Source: Alphaproteobacteria bacterium (GTDB taxonomy: Bacteria; Pseudomonadota; Alphaproteobacteria; Micropepsales; Micropepsaceae). Taken from it: a DNA stretch of 64,000 nucleotides. Numbering within the stretch: position 1 is the stretch's first letter; each line of letters starts with the position of its first letter. A model generated the notes under the pieces. The model saw only the letters and a program-made list of their open reading frames with translations, was not told where the DNA came from and did not search any database. The translations under genes were made by a program, and so were the position numbers. The stretch lies in assembly GCA_025924715.1 (NCBI GenBank), contig JAICHV010000010.1:22281-86280 (forward strand), given 5' to 3'. Below are positions 9,194-18,255 of this stretch, piece by piece.

Positions 9194-10117
9194 ATGAGAG
9201 AGGCCGCGCAATTTCTGGCCGACGGCCTGCATTCCGGGCCGGCCGTCGCCTTGCGCGACAGCCACAGCATCATTGATTGCGAAGCTTGCGGCTTCAAACA
9301 TGCCTTGCCGCTGCCCGACGCGGCGGCGATGGAGCGCGCCTATCGCGAAAATTATTACGCACAGGAAAAACCCAATTTCCTCAGCCATGCCGGCGAGGAC
9401 CAGGAATGGTTTGCCCTTTCCCAGACCGACAAACTGGAAATGTTGGAACGGCTTCTGCCCACAGATCGCCGCCGCCTGCTGGATATCGGCTGCGGTCCGG
9501 GATTTTTCCTGGCCACCGCGATGAAGCGCGGCTGGCAGGCGCATGGCATCGAGCCGTCGCGCCAGGCGGCCGCCCATGCCCGCGCGTTGGGCGCCCGGGT
9601 CACAGAAGGATTTTTTGGACTTGAGACCGCCGCCTCATTGGGCCGCTTCGATGCCATCGCCCTGACCAATATGCTGGAGCATGTGCCCGACCCGATCGGG
9701 ATTCTGCGCCAGGCTTATGACCTGCTCGATTCCGGTGGCGCCATCTGTGTGGGCGTTCCCAATGATTTTTCGCCGCTGCAATTGGCGGCCCGTGCCGCCA
9801 GCGGCGCCGCGGACTGGTGGGTCGCGCCGCCGCATCATCTCAATTATTTCGATTTTGCCTCGTTGGGGGCGCTGCTGACGCGGCTGGGCTTTGTCATTGC
9901 CGAACGCAGCACCAGCTTTCCCATGGAAGCCTTTGTGATGATGGGCGAGAACTATATCGGCGATCCCGCGCTGGGCCGCGCCTGTCACAACAAGCGCAAA
10001 CGGTTCGACCTGGCCTTCGAGGCCGCCGGGCTTGGTCAATCCCGGCGGGCTTTTTACCGCGCCTTGGCCGACGCAGGTTTGGGGCGCGAAGCGGTGATCG
10101 TGGCGGTCAAGCCATGA
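9194..10117 (+). CDS. Class I SAM-dependent methyltransferase
   Basis: CEACGFKH, LLDIGCGPGFFL, GIEPS, NMLEHVPDP, VGVPND, PPHHLNYF; ATG 9194 preferred over TTG 9164. Confidence 0.88.
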   Translation: MREAAQFLADGLHSGPAVALRDSHSIIDCEACGFKHALPLPDAAAMERAYRENYYAQEKPNFLSHAGEDQEWFALSQTDKLEMLERLLPTDRRRLLDIGCGPGFFLATAMKRGWQAHGIEPSRQAAAHARALGARVTEGFFGLETAASLGRFDAIALTNMLEHVPDPIGILRQAYDLLDSGGAICVGVPNDFSPLQLAARAASGAADWWVAPPHHLNYFDFASLGALLTRLGFVIAERSTSFPMEAFVMMGENYIGDPALGRACHNKRKRFDLAFEAAGLGQSRRAFYRALADAGLGREAVIVAVKP

Positions 10118-10938
10118 CGGCGCCGTTCTTTATCGTTTCCAGTGGCCGCTCCGGCACCGCCATGCTGCAAAAAGCGCTGTCAGCACTGCCCGATGTCGAG
10201 ACGCATCACGAATATATGGTGCAGATCACCCAGCCTTTGGCGGTGAAACGCTATCTCGGCCTGATCGGGGCGGAGGAAGCCCGCCGAGTCCTCAGCCGCA
10301 CCCATGGCGCCGCCATCCATTACAGCGAGAGAGAACATTGGGGGGATTCCTCCAACAAGCTGAGCTGGCTGATCCCCGATCTGGCCGGACTGTTTGCCGA
10401 CGCGCGCTTTGTTCATTTGGTGCGCGATGGCCGCAAAGTCGCCGGCTCTTATTTCCACAAGCTGGGAGCGGAATGTTACGACGACCGCTCGACCGCTATT
10501 TTGGCGGCGCATTTGGCGGATGCTGAGGTGCCCGCGCCGCCGCCGGAGAAAAAATATTGGTGGCCGCAGCCGCGCCGCGGCAGCTCAGACGCCGCTGCCT
10601 TTCGCCGCTATGGCCAGTTCGAACGCATCTGCTGGCACTGGGCCGAGATCAATCGCGTGGTGATGGACGAGCTGGGGCGCCTGCCGCCCGAGCGCAGCAT
10701 GTTCGTCAGGCTGGAAGACCTGTGCGAAAGCCCCAAAGCCCTGCGCGGGCTTTATGACTTTCTTAACCTTCCCTGCCCTGCGGATGCCTTTGCCGCGTTC
10801 AATCGGCCGCACAACGTCAACAAGCCGCAAGACCGCTTGCTCGACGGCGCGCAGCGCAACGCGTTCGAAACCATCGCCGGCGCGATGCAGGCGCGCCTGG
10901 GTTATGCCGAACGCCCGGAATATGTAGTGAATTATTAA
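10114..10938 (+). CDS. Sulfotransferase family protein
   Basis: 5'-PSB loop FFIVSSGRSGTAML, 3'-PB motif FVHLVRDGRKVAGS, VRLEDL; ATG overlaps the upstream stop. Confidence 0.85.
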   Translation: MTAPFFIVSSGRSGTAMLQKALSALPDVETHHEYMVQITQPLAVKRYLGLIGAEEARRVLSRTHGAAIHYSEREHWGDSSNKLSWLIPDLAGLFADARFVHLVRDGRKVAGSYFHKLGAECYDDRSTAILAAHLADAEVPAPPPEKKYWWPQPRRGSSDAAAFRRYGQFERICWHWAEINRVVMDELGRLPPERSMFVRLEDLCESPKALRGLYDFLNLPCPADAFAAFNRPHNVNKPQDRLLDGAQRNAFETIAGAMQARLGYAERPEYVVNY

Positions 10939-10988
10939 CGTCAGTTTCGCATCATGGTTACCGGAATCTTGCCCGGACCATTTTCGCC

Positions 10989-12170
10989 ATGCCCCCCGAT
11001 GCGTTATGCGATCTGTGCGGCGCCACGTCGCTTGCGCAAGTCTATAGACCGGAACGGTCCACGCGGGGCCTCAAGATCTATCTCTGCCGCCATTGCGGGC
11101 TGGTGCAGAGCCTTCCCCGCATCGATCGCACGGCAGCTCGCCATCAAGCCGCGGTGTCCCAGGGCGCCGATTGGGGCAATGTGCGCTATGGCAAGGGCTT
11201 TCGCACCCAAATAGCGCTGGACGCTTTGGCACGGCATGCCGATCTGGAAGCGCCTCTGCGCCTGCTGGATGTGGGTTCAAACCGTGGCAGCTTTACCAAG
11301 GCCTTTTTGGAGTTGGCGCCCGATGCAGCCGTCACGGCGATTGAGCCGGATGAGCGCTTTGCGCAGTCTTCCGCCGGCCTGCCGCGCACCGAATTGATCC
11401 AGGCCCGCATCGAAAACGTGAAATTGCCGGATGCCGGTTTTGACATCGTGCATTCCTGCCACACCATCGAACATCTGGCCCATCCTTTTGCCGCGCTGAA
11501 GGATCATGCGCGGGTGCTGAAAAATCGCGGATTGCTGGTGCTGGATGCGCCCAACCTAGCCCTGCTGGGCAGCGACGACATTCTGGAAGAATGGTTCATC
11601 GACAAGCATCTCTATCATTTCTCCGACGCCACTTTGGCCTATATGATCGAGGCTGCCGGCTTTGAGATCGTGCAATATCCCGATCCCGCAGATGCCATCA
11701 ATCTCCTGTTCGTAGCGCGCAAGAACGGCGCGCCCAAAAGCGCGATCACGCCCGATCCGGATGAAGTCGCCAATAGCGAGGCCTTGATTGCCGGTTATGT
11801 CGCCATGCGCGCGGTCAATCGCGCCGCCTTGTCGGCCGCGGCGCGGGAGATTGAAAGCCTTAAGCCCGCCAAAGTCGCCTTATGGGGCGCCGGACGGCTG
11901 TTCGACGCCCTGGTCAGCACCGGCGGTTTCGATCCCGCCATGTTGAGTTTGCTGATCGACGCCCATTTGGCCCAGCACATGAGCCAGCGCCATGGCATGG
12001 TTCTCTCCACGCCGCAGGCTTTGGCGAAGACGCCGGTGGACGTGATCGTGGTGATGTCGCGGGGCTTTGCCGCCGAGATCGCAGGGCAAATTCGCGATAT
12101 CGCCCCCGGCGCCAAGATCATTTTGTACAGCGAGTTGCTGGCCCGGGCCCGTTTGGCGCAGGCGGCCTGA
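10989..12170 (+). CDS. SAM-dependent methyltransferase with Zn-ribbon and C-methyltransferase-like C-terminal domain
   Basis: CDLCG...CRHCGLVQ, LLDVGSNRG, HTIEHLAHP, HLYHFS, KVALWGAG. Confidence 0.82.
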   Translation: MPPDALCDLCGATSLAQVYRPERSTRGLKIYLCRHCGLVQSLPRIDRTAARHQAAVSQGADWGNVRYGKGFRTQIALDALARHADLEAPLRLLDVGSNRGSFTKAFLELAPDAAVTAIEPDERFAQSSAGLPRTELIQARIENVKLPDAGFDIVHSCHTIEHLAHPFAALKDHARVLKNRGLLVLDAPNLALLGSDDILEEWFIDKHLYHFSDATLAYMIEAAGFEIVQYPDPADAINLLFVARKNGAPKSAITPDPDEVANSEALIAGYVAMRAVNRAALSAAAREIESLKPAKVALWGAGRLFDALVSTGGFDPAMLSLLIDAHLAQHMSQRHGMVLSTPQALAKTPVDVIVVMSRGFAAEIAGQIRDIAPGAKIILYSELLARARLAQAA

Positions 12171-12172
12171 GG

Positions 12173-13075
12173 ATGACCATGCGTGAAGTCAAGTCGCGAG
12201 CCGCCAATGACAGCATGGACGCAGCCGCGCTGCACCAAAGACTGAGCGCGGCCGCCCGCTTCATCCGCTGTCATGCCGTGGCGGCGATCTATCATGCGGG
12301 TTCCGGCCATCCCGGCGGGGCGCTGTCCTCAGCCGATCTGCTCGCCTGCCTGTATGGCGCGGAAATGAATATTTGGCCTTCGACCGTGGACGATCCCGAT
12401 CGCGACCGTTTCGTGCTGTCGAAGGGGCATGCCGCGCCGGCGCTTTATGCGGCGGGCTCCCATTTTGGTTTCTGCGATGAGAGGCAAGCGCTCAGCTTGC
12501 GCAAACTGGGCAGCAAGTTTCAGGGCCATCCCCATGTGCTGGACTTGCCTTTTGTCGAAACCTCCACCGGCTCGCTGGGCCAGGGGATTTCGGTCGCCAT
12601 CGGCATGGCGCTGGGCCTGAAGCTGCAGCGCAAATCCGCGCGAGTCTATACGTTACTGGGTGACGGCGAGTTGCAGGAGGGCGAGGTCTGGGAAGCGGCG
12701 ATGTGCGGCGCCCATCACAAGCTCGACAATCTGTGCGCCTTGATCGACTACAACAAGCTGCAAAGCGACAACAGCAATGACGCCATCATGCGGCTGGAGC
12801 CGCTGGCAGCGAAATGGCGCGCCTTCGGCTGGACGGTTTTCGAAATCGACGGCCATGACATCGGCGCGATCCTCGGCGCACTTCGCCAGGCGGGCGCCAG
12901 CGCCGGCGCACCCTCGCTGATCATCGCCCACACCGTGAAGGGCAAGGGCGTGCCTTATATGGAAAACATTCCGGCCTGGCATGGCAGCGTCAAGCTCACG
13001 CCCGCCCAGACGCGCGAGGCGCTACAGGCATTGGGCGCCACGAGCGCCGAGACCGAGGAATTCGTCAATGTCTAA
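12173..13075 (+). CDS. Transketolase N-terminal (TPP-binding) subunit
   Basis: SGHPGGALS, DRDRFVLSKGH, TGSLGQG, GDGELQEG...DYN TPP motif. Confidence 0.92.
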   Translation: MTMREVKSRAANDSMDAAALHQRLSAAARFIRCHAVAAIYHAGSGHPGGALSSADLLACLYGAEMNIWPSTVDDPDRDRFVLSKGHAAPALYAAGSHFGFCDERQALSLRKLGSKFQGHPHVLDLPFVETSTGSLGQGISVAIGMALGLKLQRKSARVYTLLGDGELQEGEVWEAAMCGAHHKLDNLCALIDYNKLQSDNSNDAIMRLEPLAAKWRAFGWTVFEIDGHDIGAILGALRQAGASAGAPSLIIAHTVKGKGVPYMENIPAWHGSVKLTPAQTREALQALGATSAETEEFVNV

Positions 13076-14024
13076 TCCGGCCTTGATCGCCAATAGCGAT
13101 TCCCTGCGCGAGGCCTTCGGCAAGGAGCTGGCATTGGCCGGCGAAACAATCGCCAATTTGGTGGTGCTGGACGCCGATATCGCCGGCGGCACCGGCGTGC
13201 ATCATTTCCGCAAAGCGCACCCCGAACGGCTGATCCAATTCGGCATCGCCGAACAGAATATGATGGCGGCGGCCGGCGGCATGGCTGCGGTCGGGTTGCT
13301 GCCGGTGGTGACCACCTTTGCCGTGTTCTGCCTGCGCGCCATCGAACAGGCGCGGTTGTCGCTGTGCTACGCGCGGCGCAATGCCAAGATCGTCGCCAGT
13401 CATCCGGGCTTGGACGTCGGTCCCGATGGCGGTTCGGCCCAGGCGCTGGAAGACCTTGCCGCCTTTCGCGCTATTCCCGGCATGGTGGTGATCTCGCCCG
13501 CCGATCCGGTGGAAATGGCCCAGGCCACCCGCGCCATCCTGGCCTATGACGGTCCGGTTTATATGCGCACCGGCCGCAGCCCCGCGCCGCGCCTGTTCGG
13601 CGAGGAGCACCGTTTTGAAATCGGCAAGGGGCAGATCCTGCGTCCGGGCCGTGACCTGACCATCATCGCTTGCGGTGCGGAAGTGGCGCGCGCCTTGGCG
13701 GCGGCCAACAGCTTGAAGGAAGACGGCATCGAGGCGCGGGTGGTCAATATGCCGACCATCAAGCCGATCGATAGCGATTTGATCGCCCGCTGCGCCCGCG
13801 AGACCGGCGCCATCGTCACCGCCGAGGATCACAATATTCATGGCGGCCTGGGCGGCGCGGTGGCGCAGGCCCTGGCCGCAACCGCGCCCTGTCCGGTGGA
13901 ATTTGTGGGCGTGAAGGATGTGTTCGGCGCCTCCGGCGAGCCGGAGGAACTGGCCGAGGCGTTCGAAATCAGCGCCCCTTTCATCGCCGCGGCCGGAAGG
14001 CGCGTGCTGAAGCGCAAGACATGA
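13068..14024 (+). CDS. Transketolase C-terminal subunit
   Basis: GIAEQNMM, RAIEQAR, GPDGGSAQALED, GPVYMR, TAEDHNIHGGLG. Confidence 0.92.
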   Translation: MSNPALIANSDSLREAFGKELALAGETIANLVVLDADIAGGTGVHHFRKAHPERLIQFGIAEQNMMAAAGGMAAVGLLPVVTTFAVFCLRAIEQARLSLCYARRNAKIVASHPGLDVGPDGGSAQALEDLAAFRAIPGMVVISPADPVEMAQATRAILAYDGPVYMRTGRSPAPRLFGEEHRFEIGKGQILRPGRDLTIIACGAEVARALAAANSLKEDGIEARVVNMPTIKPIDSDLIARCARETGAIVTAEDHNIHGGLGGAVAQALAATAPCPVEFVGVKDVFGASGEPEELAEAFEISAPFIAAAGRRVLKRKT

Positions 14025-14776
14025 GCGCCCGCTTTTCCCTCGCCGGCAAAAACGCGGTCGTCACCGGCGGCAGCCGCGGCATTGGCGCCGCTATCGCCCT
14101 GGGCTTGGCGCAGGCCGGCGCGGATGTGGTGCTGACCTATCGCGAAAAACGCGCCGAGGCGGGGGCGGTGGTGCAGAAAATCCAAGCCTTGGGGCGGCGC
14201 GCCTTGGCCCTGCCGATGGATGTGACCGACCGGGACAGTATCCGCCAAGCGGCTGACGCGGTGCGCGGCTTCGGCAAGATTTCCATCCTGGTCAACAATG
14301 CCGGGGTCAACAAGCCGACCGATTTCGACCAGATCGCGGAGGCGGACTGGGATTTCGTGATCGATACCAATCTCAAAGGCCCGTTCTTGGCGGCGCAGAC
14401 CTTCCTGCCGCTGCTCAAAGATGCGGGCGGGGGCTCCATCGTTCATATCGGTTCGGTCAGCGGCCAATATGGCGGTCCGCGCACTGCCCATTATGCCGCC
14501 TCGAAGGCGGGATTGATTTCGCTGGCCCAGGTGATCGCCCGCTTCGGCGCCGCATTCAACATCCGCTCCAATGTCGTGGCCGCCGGATTGATCGCGTCGG
14601 AGATGGCCGCCGGCGGCATGGCCGCGGCCAGCGTGCAGAAGGCGGCGGAAAACATCATCTTGAAGCGCATGGGCACAGCGCAGGAAGTCGCCGATGCGGT
14701 GGTGTTCCTGGCCGGCGATGCCTCGTCCTACATCACGGCCCAGACCTTGAACGTCAATGGAGGTCTGTACTTCTGA
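14021..14776 (+). CDS. SDR family NAD(P)-dependent oxidoreductase
   Basis: VTGGSRGIG, LVNNAG, YAASK catalytic motif. Confidence 0.93.
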   Translation: MSARFSLAGKNAVVTGGSRGIGAAIALGLAQAGADVVLTYREKRAEAGAVVQKIQALGRRALALPMDVTDRDSIRQAADAVRGFGKISILVNNAGVNKPTDFDQIAEADWDFVIDTNLKGPFLAAQTFLPLLKDAGGGSIVHIGSVSGQYGGPRTAHYAASKAGLISLAQVIARFGAAFNIRSNVVAAGLIASEMAAGGMAAASVQKAAENIILKRMGTAQEVADAVVFLAGDASSYITAQTLNVNGGLYF

Positions 14777-16032
14777 TGAGCGGGCAGCCCAAGACCTTGC
14801 TGATCATTTCCGGCGGTATTGAAGCCGCCGATGCCGCGCGCCGCGCCAAGGAAATGGGGCTGAACGTGGTGGTGTCGGACCGCGATCCGGAAGCGCCCGG
14901 CTTTGCCTTCGCCGATTCCTGCCTGATCGCCGATGTCTATGGCGCCAGCGAAACGGCGGCCGCCGCCGAACGGTACAGCCGCAAGATCCGCAAGATTGAC
15001 GGGGTGTTATGCGTCGCCGCCGACGCGCCCGTCACCGCCGCCACGGTGGCGCAGCGCCTGCGCCTGCCCGGCCTGCCCCTGCATGTGGCGGAATTGGCCT
15101 GCGACAAGCTGGCGATGAAGAAATGTTTCCTGTCGGCCGGTGTCGCGGTGCCCTGGTTCGCCGAAGTGCGCACGCCGCAGGAATTGCAGCGTATCGCGGT
15201 CGAGCGCGGGCGCGATCTGGTAATCAAGCCGGTGGATTCGCGCGGCAGCCGTGGCGTGCAACGGGTCGCCAAAGTCGAAGACCTCGCCGCCGCCTTCCTG
15301 CTGGCGCGTTCGCATTCGCCTTCGGAACGGGTGATGGTGGAGCAATATCTCGAAGGCCCTCAAGTCTCCACCGAAAGCATCGTGACCGGCGGTCGCTGTT
15401 TCACGCCGGGCTTTTCCGACCGCAATTACGAATATCTGGAACGCTATGCGCCCTTCTTCATCGAAAATGGCGGCGACCTGCCCAGCCATCTGCCGGCGGA
15501 CATACAAGCCAAGACCCGCGACCTGGTGGCGCGCGCCGCTGCCGCCATGGGCGTCACCGATGGGACGGTCAAGGGCGACATCGTCATCCACAAAGGCGAG
15601 CCTTATGTGATCGAGCTGGCGGCGCGGCTATCGGGGGGATTTTTCTGTACCCGTGAGATTCCCCTCAACACCGGCGTCGATTTCATCGGCGCGGCCATCA
15701 AGATCGCCCTGGGGATGTGCGTCAGTCCTGAGGATCTGGAACCCCGGCACGCCATCCCGGTGATCCAGCGTTATGTCTTCCCCGATGCCGGCACGGTCAT
15801 AGCCGTGCAAGGCGCCGAAGCGGCCCGCGCCGTTCCCGGCATTGCCGAGGTGGTGATCACGGCCAAGCCGGGCGATATCATCGCCCCCGCCGGCGACAAA
15901 CGCCCCAGCGGCGCTATGGTGCTGGCGACCGGCGCCTCACGCGCGATGGCGCTGGCAGCAGCCAACGAAGCGCTGGCCCTGATCCGGATCGATACCCGCG
16001 CCGAACGCCAGAACGAGCATAAAAAAGCATGA
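14776..16032 (+). CDS. ATP-grasp domain ligase
   Basis: DKLAMK, VIKPVDSRGSRGV, VEQYLEGPQVSTE, VIELAARLSGG. Confidence 0.9.
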   Translation: MSGQPKTLLIISGGIEAADAARRAKEMGLNVVVSDRDPEAPGFAFADSCLIADVYGASETAAAAERYSRKIRKIDGVLCVAADAPVTAATVAQRLRLPGLPLHVAELACDKLAMKKCFLSAGVAVPWFAEVRTPQELQRIAVERGRDLVIKPVDSRGSRGVQRVAKVEDLAAAFLLARSHSPSERVMVEQYLEGPQVSTESIVTGGRCFTPGFSDRNYEYLERYAPFFIENGGDLPSHLPADIQAKTRDLVARAAAAMGVTDGTVKGDIVIHKGEPYVIELAARLSGGFFCTREIPLNTGVDFIGAAIKIALGMCVSPEDLEPRHAIPVIQRYVFPDAGTVIAVQGAEAARAVPGIAEVVITAKPGDIIAPAGDKRPSGAMVLATGASRAMALAAANEALALIRIDTRAERQNEHKKA

Positions 16033-17969
16033 ACGCGCCCTTCCAGGAGGCGCAAGCCAAGGGCGCGCTGCACGTCTTCGCGTTCTTCCACCTCAATCTG
16101 GCTTTTTCCTCGATCGAGGAAGAGCGGCGCGATGAGGTGATCGCACGCTGTTATTGGCCGCTGCTGCGGCTGGCCGAACGTCATGTCATCGGTATGGAGA
16201 TCTCGGGCTACACGCTGGAGGAAATCGCGGCCCGCGATCCGGCCTGGATCGCCCAGGCCCGGCAATTGATCGCCTTCGGGCGCATCGAGCTGATCGGATC
16301 GGGTTACAGCCAGATGATCGGGCCCTTGGTGCCGGCGCGGGTGACCGCTGAGAATCTGCGCCTGGGCGTCGAAGCTTATGAAAAATTCTTGGGGGTGCGG
16401 CCGCATCTGGCGCTGGTGGGCGAGCAAGCCTATTCCGCGGGACTGGTCGGGCTCTACCGCGATGCCGGATATGACGGCTTGATCATGGATTACGACAATC
16501 CCGCCGCCCATCATCCCGAATGGCCGGCGGAGACCGCCTATCGGCCCGCCGCCGCGCTGGGCGCGGACGAGCGCAGCATCGCTTTGATCTGGAGCAACAC
16601 CGCCGCCTTTCAGCAATTGCAGCGCCTCGCCCATGGCGATATCGCCCAGGATGCCTATCTGCGCTTTGTGCGCGGCAAGCGGGGCGAGCAGCCGCGCGCG
16701 CTTTGCCTTTATGCCAGCGATGCGGAAATCTTCGACTTCCGCCCGGGCCGTTTCAAGACCGAGGAAAAACTCTCCACGCAAAGCGAATGGGAACGGATCG
16801 ACCGCGCCTTTGCCGGGCTGGATCATCCGCTGCAAAAGCCGTCCGCGGTTCTTGCGCTGCGCGGCGCTGAGGCCCCGCTGAAACTGGAAAGCGCCGCCTG
16901 CCCGGTGCCGGTCAAGAAGCAGCGCAAATACAATCTGGCGCGCTGGGCGGTGACGGGACGCGACAACACCGCCATCAACGCCGCCTGTCAGCGGGTTTAT
17001 GAAGGCATGCTAGCCGCGCAAACGGGCCAAGACTGGAAGGAGCTGTGCTATCTTTGGGCCAGCGATTTTCGCACCCATCTGACGCAAAAGCGCTGGGACG
17101 CTTATTGTGAGCGCCTGGCCGCCGCCGAAGCGCGCTGGAGGAAGCCGGCGCCCGCGGCTTTTGCCATGCCCAGCTCCGCGCCGCAGACCGAACGCCATCT
17201 CACCATTGCCACACACAGCCTGCAGGCCATGCTGGATCGGCGTCGCGGCTTGGCGATTGAGAGCCTGCAGTTCATCGGCCAGTCACGCGCGATTCTGGGC
17301 GGGCTCCCCCATGGGTTTTTCGACGACATCGCCTTGCAGGCCGATTGGTATAGCGGCGATTGCGTCTTCGAAGCCCCGGGCGAGCATAAGCTGACCGATC
17401 TGGAATGGTGCGAGGCGCACATCGCCGCCGACGCCAATGGCGATGTGCTGGCCCATGCCCGCATCGACACGGCGCGCGGGACAATCGAAAAACGCCTGCG
17501 CTTTTGCGCCGGCAGCCCGCGGGTGGAATTCGATCTCAGTTTCGACTGGCCCGATTGGAGCAAGGGCGTGCTGCGGCTGGGGCATTTCACTTTGCTCCCC
17601 GACGCTTTCGATGCCGGTGCGCTGGAACTGGTCACTTGCAATGGCGGGGCGGCGGAGCGATTCCCCCTTACCGGCCAGCGTGTCGATCATGGTGCGGCGG
17701 TGTCGTTCCTGGTCTCCTCCAGCCATGGGCTGGGATTGTCGGAAGGCTGGGCCGAACTTAGCGACGGCCACACGGGCCTGCGCATCACCGTCGACCGCGC
17801 CACCGCGCCGCTTCTGGGTTTGTTCACGCATCGCCGCGCCAAAGCCGCGGGCCGCGAAAGCCTGTTCTGTCAGTTGACGCTGTCGGCGCTGGAATTGGAC
17901 GACACCAGCAAGCCTTCGCCCTATCGCGCGGGCCCGCGGCGCTTCCGCTTCTCAGTGGAAAAAGTCTAG
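16029..17969 (+). CDS. Glycoside hydrolase family 57-like / deacetylase-fold protein
   Basis: FHLNLAFSSI...CYWPLL...SGYTLE...ELIGSGYSQMIGPL...EQAYS and SDAEIFD, resembling the GH57 (beta/alpha)7 barrel. Confidence 0.7.
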   Translation: MNAPFQEAQAKGALHVFAFFHLNLAFSSIEEERRDEVIARCYWPLLRLAERHVIGMEISGYTLEEIAARDPAWIAQARQLIAFGRIELIGSGYSQMIGPLVPARVTAENLRLGVEAYEKFLGVRPHLALVGEQAYSAGLVGLYRDAGYDGLIMDYDNPAAHHPEWPAETAYRPAAALGADERSIALIWSNTAAFQQLQRLAHGDIAQDAYLRFVRGKRGEQPRALCLYASDAEIFDFRPGRFKTEEKLSTQSEWERIDRAFAGLDHPLQKPSAVLALRGAEAPLKLESAACPVPVKKQRKYNLARWAVTGRDNTAINAACQRVYEGMLAAQTGQDWKELCYLWASDFRTHLTQKRWDAYCERLAAAEARWRKPAPAAFAMPSSAPQTERHLTIATHSLQAMLDRRRGLAIESLQFIGQSRAILGGLPHGFFDDIALQADWYSGDCVFEAPGEHKLTDLEWCEAHIAADANGDVLAHARIDTARGTIEKRLRFCAGSPRVEFDLSFDWPDWSKGVLRLGHFTLLPDAFDAGALELVTCNGGAAERFPLTGQRVDHGAAVSFLVSSSHGLGLSEGWAELSDGHTGLRITVDRATAPLLGLFTHRRAKAAGRESLFCQLTLSALELDDTSKPSPYRAGPRRFRFSVEKV

Positions 17970-17994
17970 CGGAGCGACGGCCAGCAAAGCTGTA

Positions 17995-18081
17995 CAGCGG
18001 TTTTGCGAGCGGCGCCGGAGGCGCCCATTGCTAAATCGGGCGCGTCCGCGCCCCGGCGCCGGAGGCGCCCATCGAAAATTT
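17995..18081. repeat. Dispersed palindromic repeat, copy 1, with a partial tandem second unit
   Basis: 17995-18053 matches 54812-54870 at 54/59 nt; GGCGCCGGAGGCGCCCAT recurs at 18055. Confidence 0.85.
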
Positions 18082-18094
18082 CCGCGCGACTATT

Positions 18095-18144
18095 AAAAGA
18101 GAGGAAGGGACGAAAGCCCCCCGGCTTCCGTCCCCCCGCTCTTT
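18095..18144. terminator. Probable bidirectional intrinsic terminator
   Basis: Stem gggacgaaagcc / ggcttccgtccc flanked by aaaagag and ctcttt, between convergent genes. Confidence 0.65.
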
Positions 18145-18219
18145 GTCCCACCAGTATGGTTCCCTTCGCCTCGGGGCGGGCGCCATAATTCTTATGACCA
18201 CCCGACACGATTGGCTTGG

Positions 18220-18243
18220 ACGGCGGGGCTTTTACCCCGCCGT
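18220..18243 (-). other. Stem-loop just after the flagellin stop codon
   Basis: acggcgggg-ctttta-ccccgccgt; no U-tract on the minus strand. Confidence 0.6.
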
Positions 18244-18255
18244 TTCGGCCGTGGC

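Noticed and set aside
12173-14024. Frameshifted transketolase pseudogene
   Set aside because: Both halves are intact, with a coupled start and a plausible RBS (GAGG); two-gene transketolases are a known form
17966-18208. 80-aa minus-strand ORF; also 24439-24681
   Set aside because: Both run through palindromic repeats or terminators and have no protein-like features
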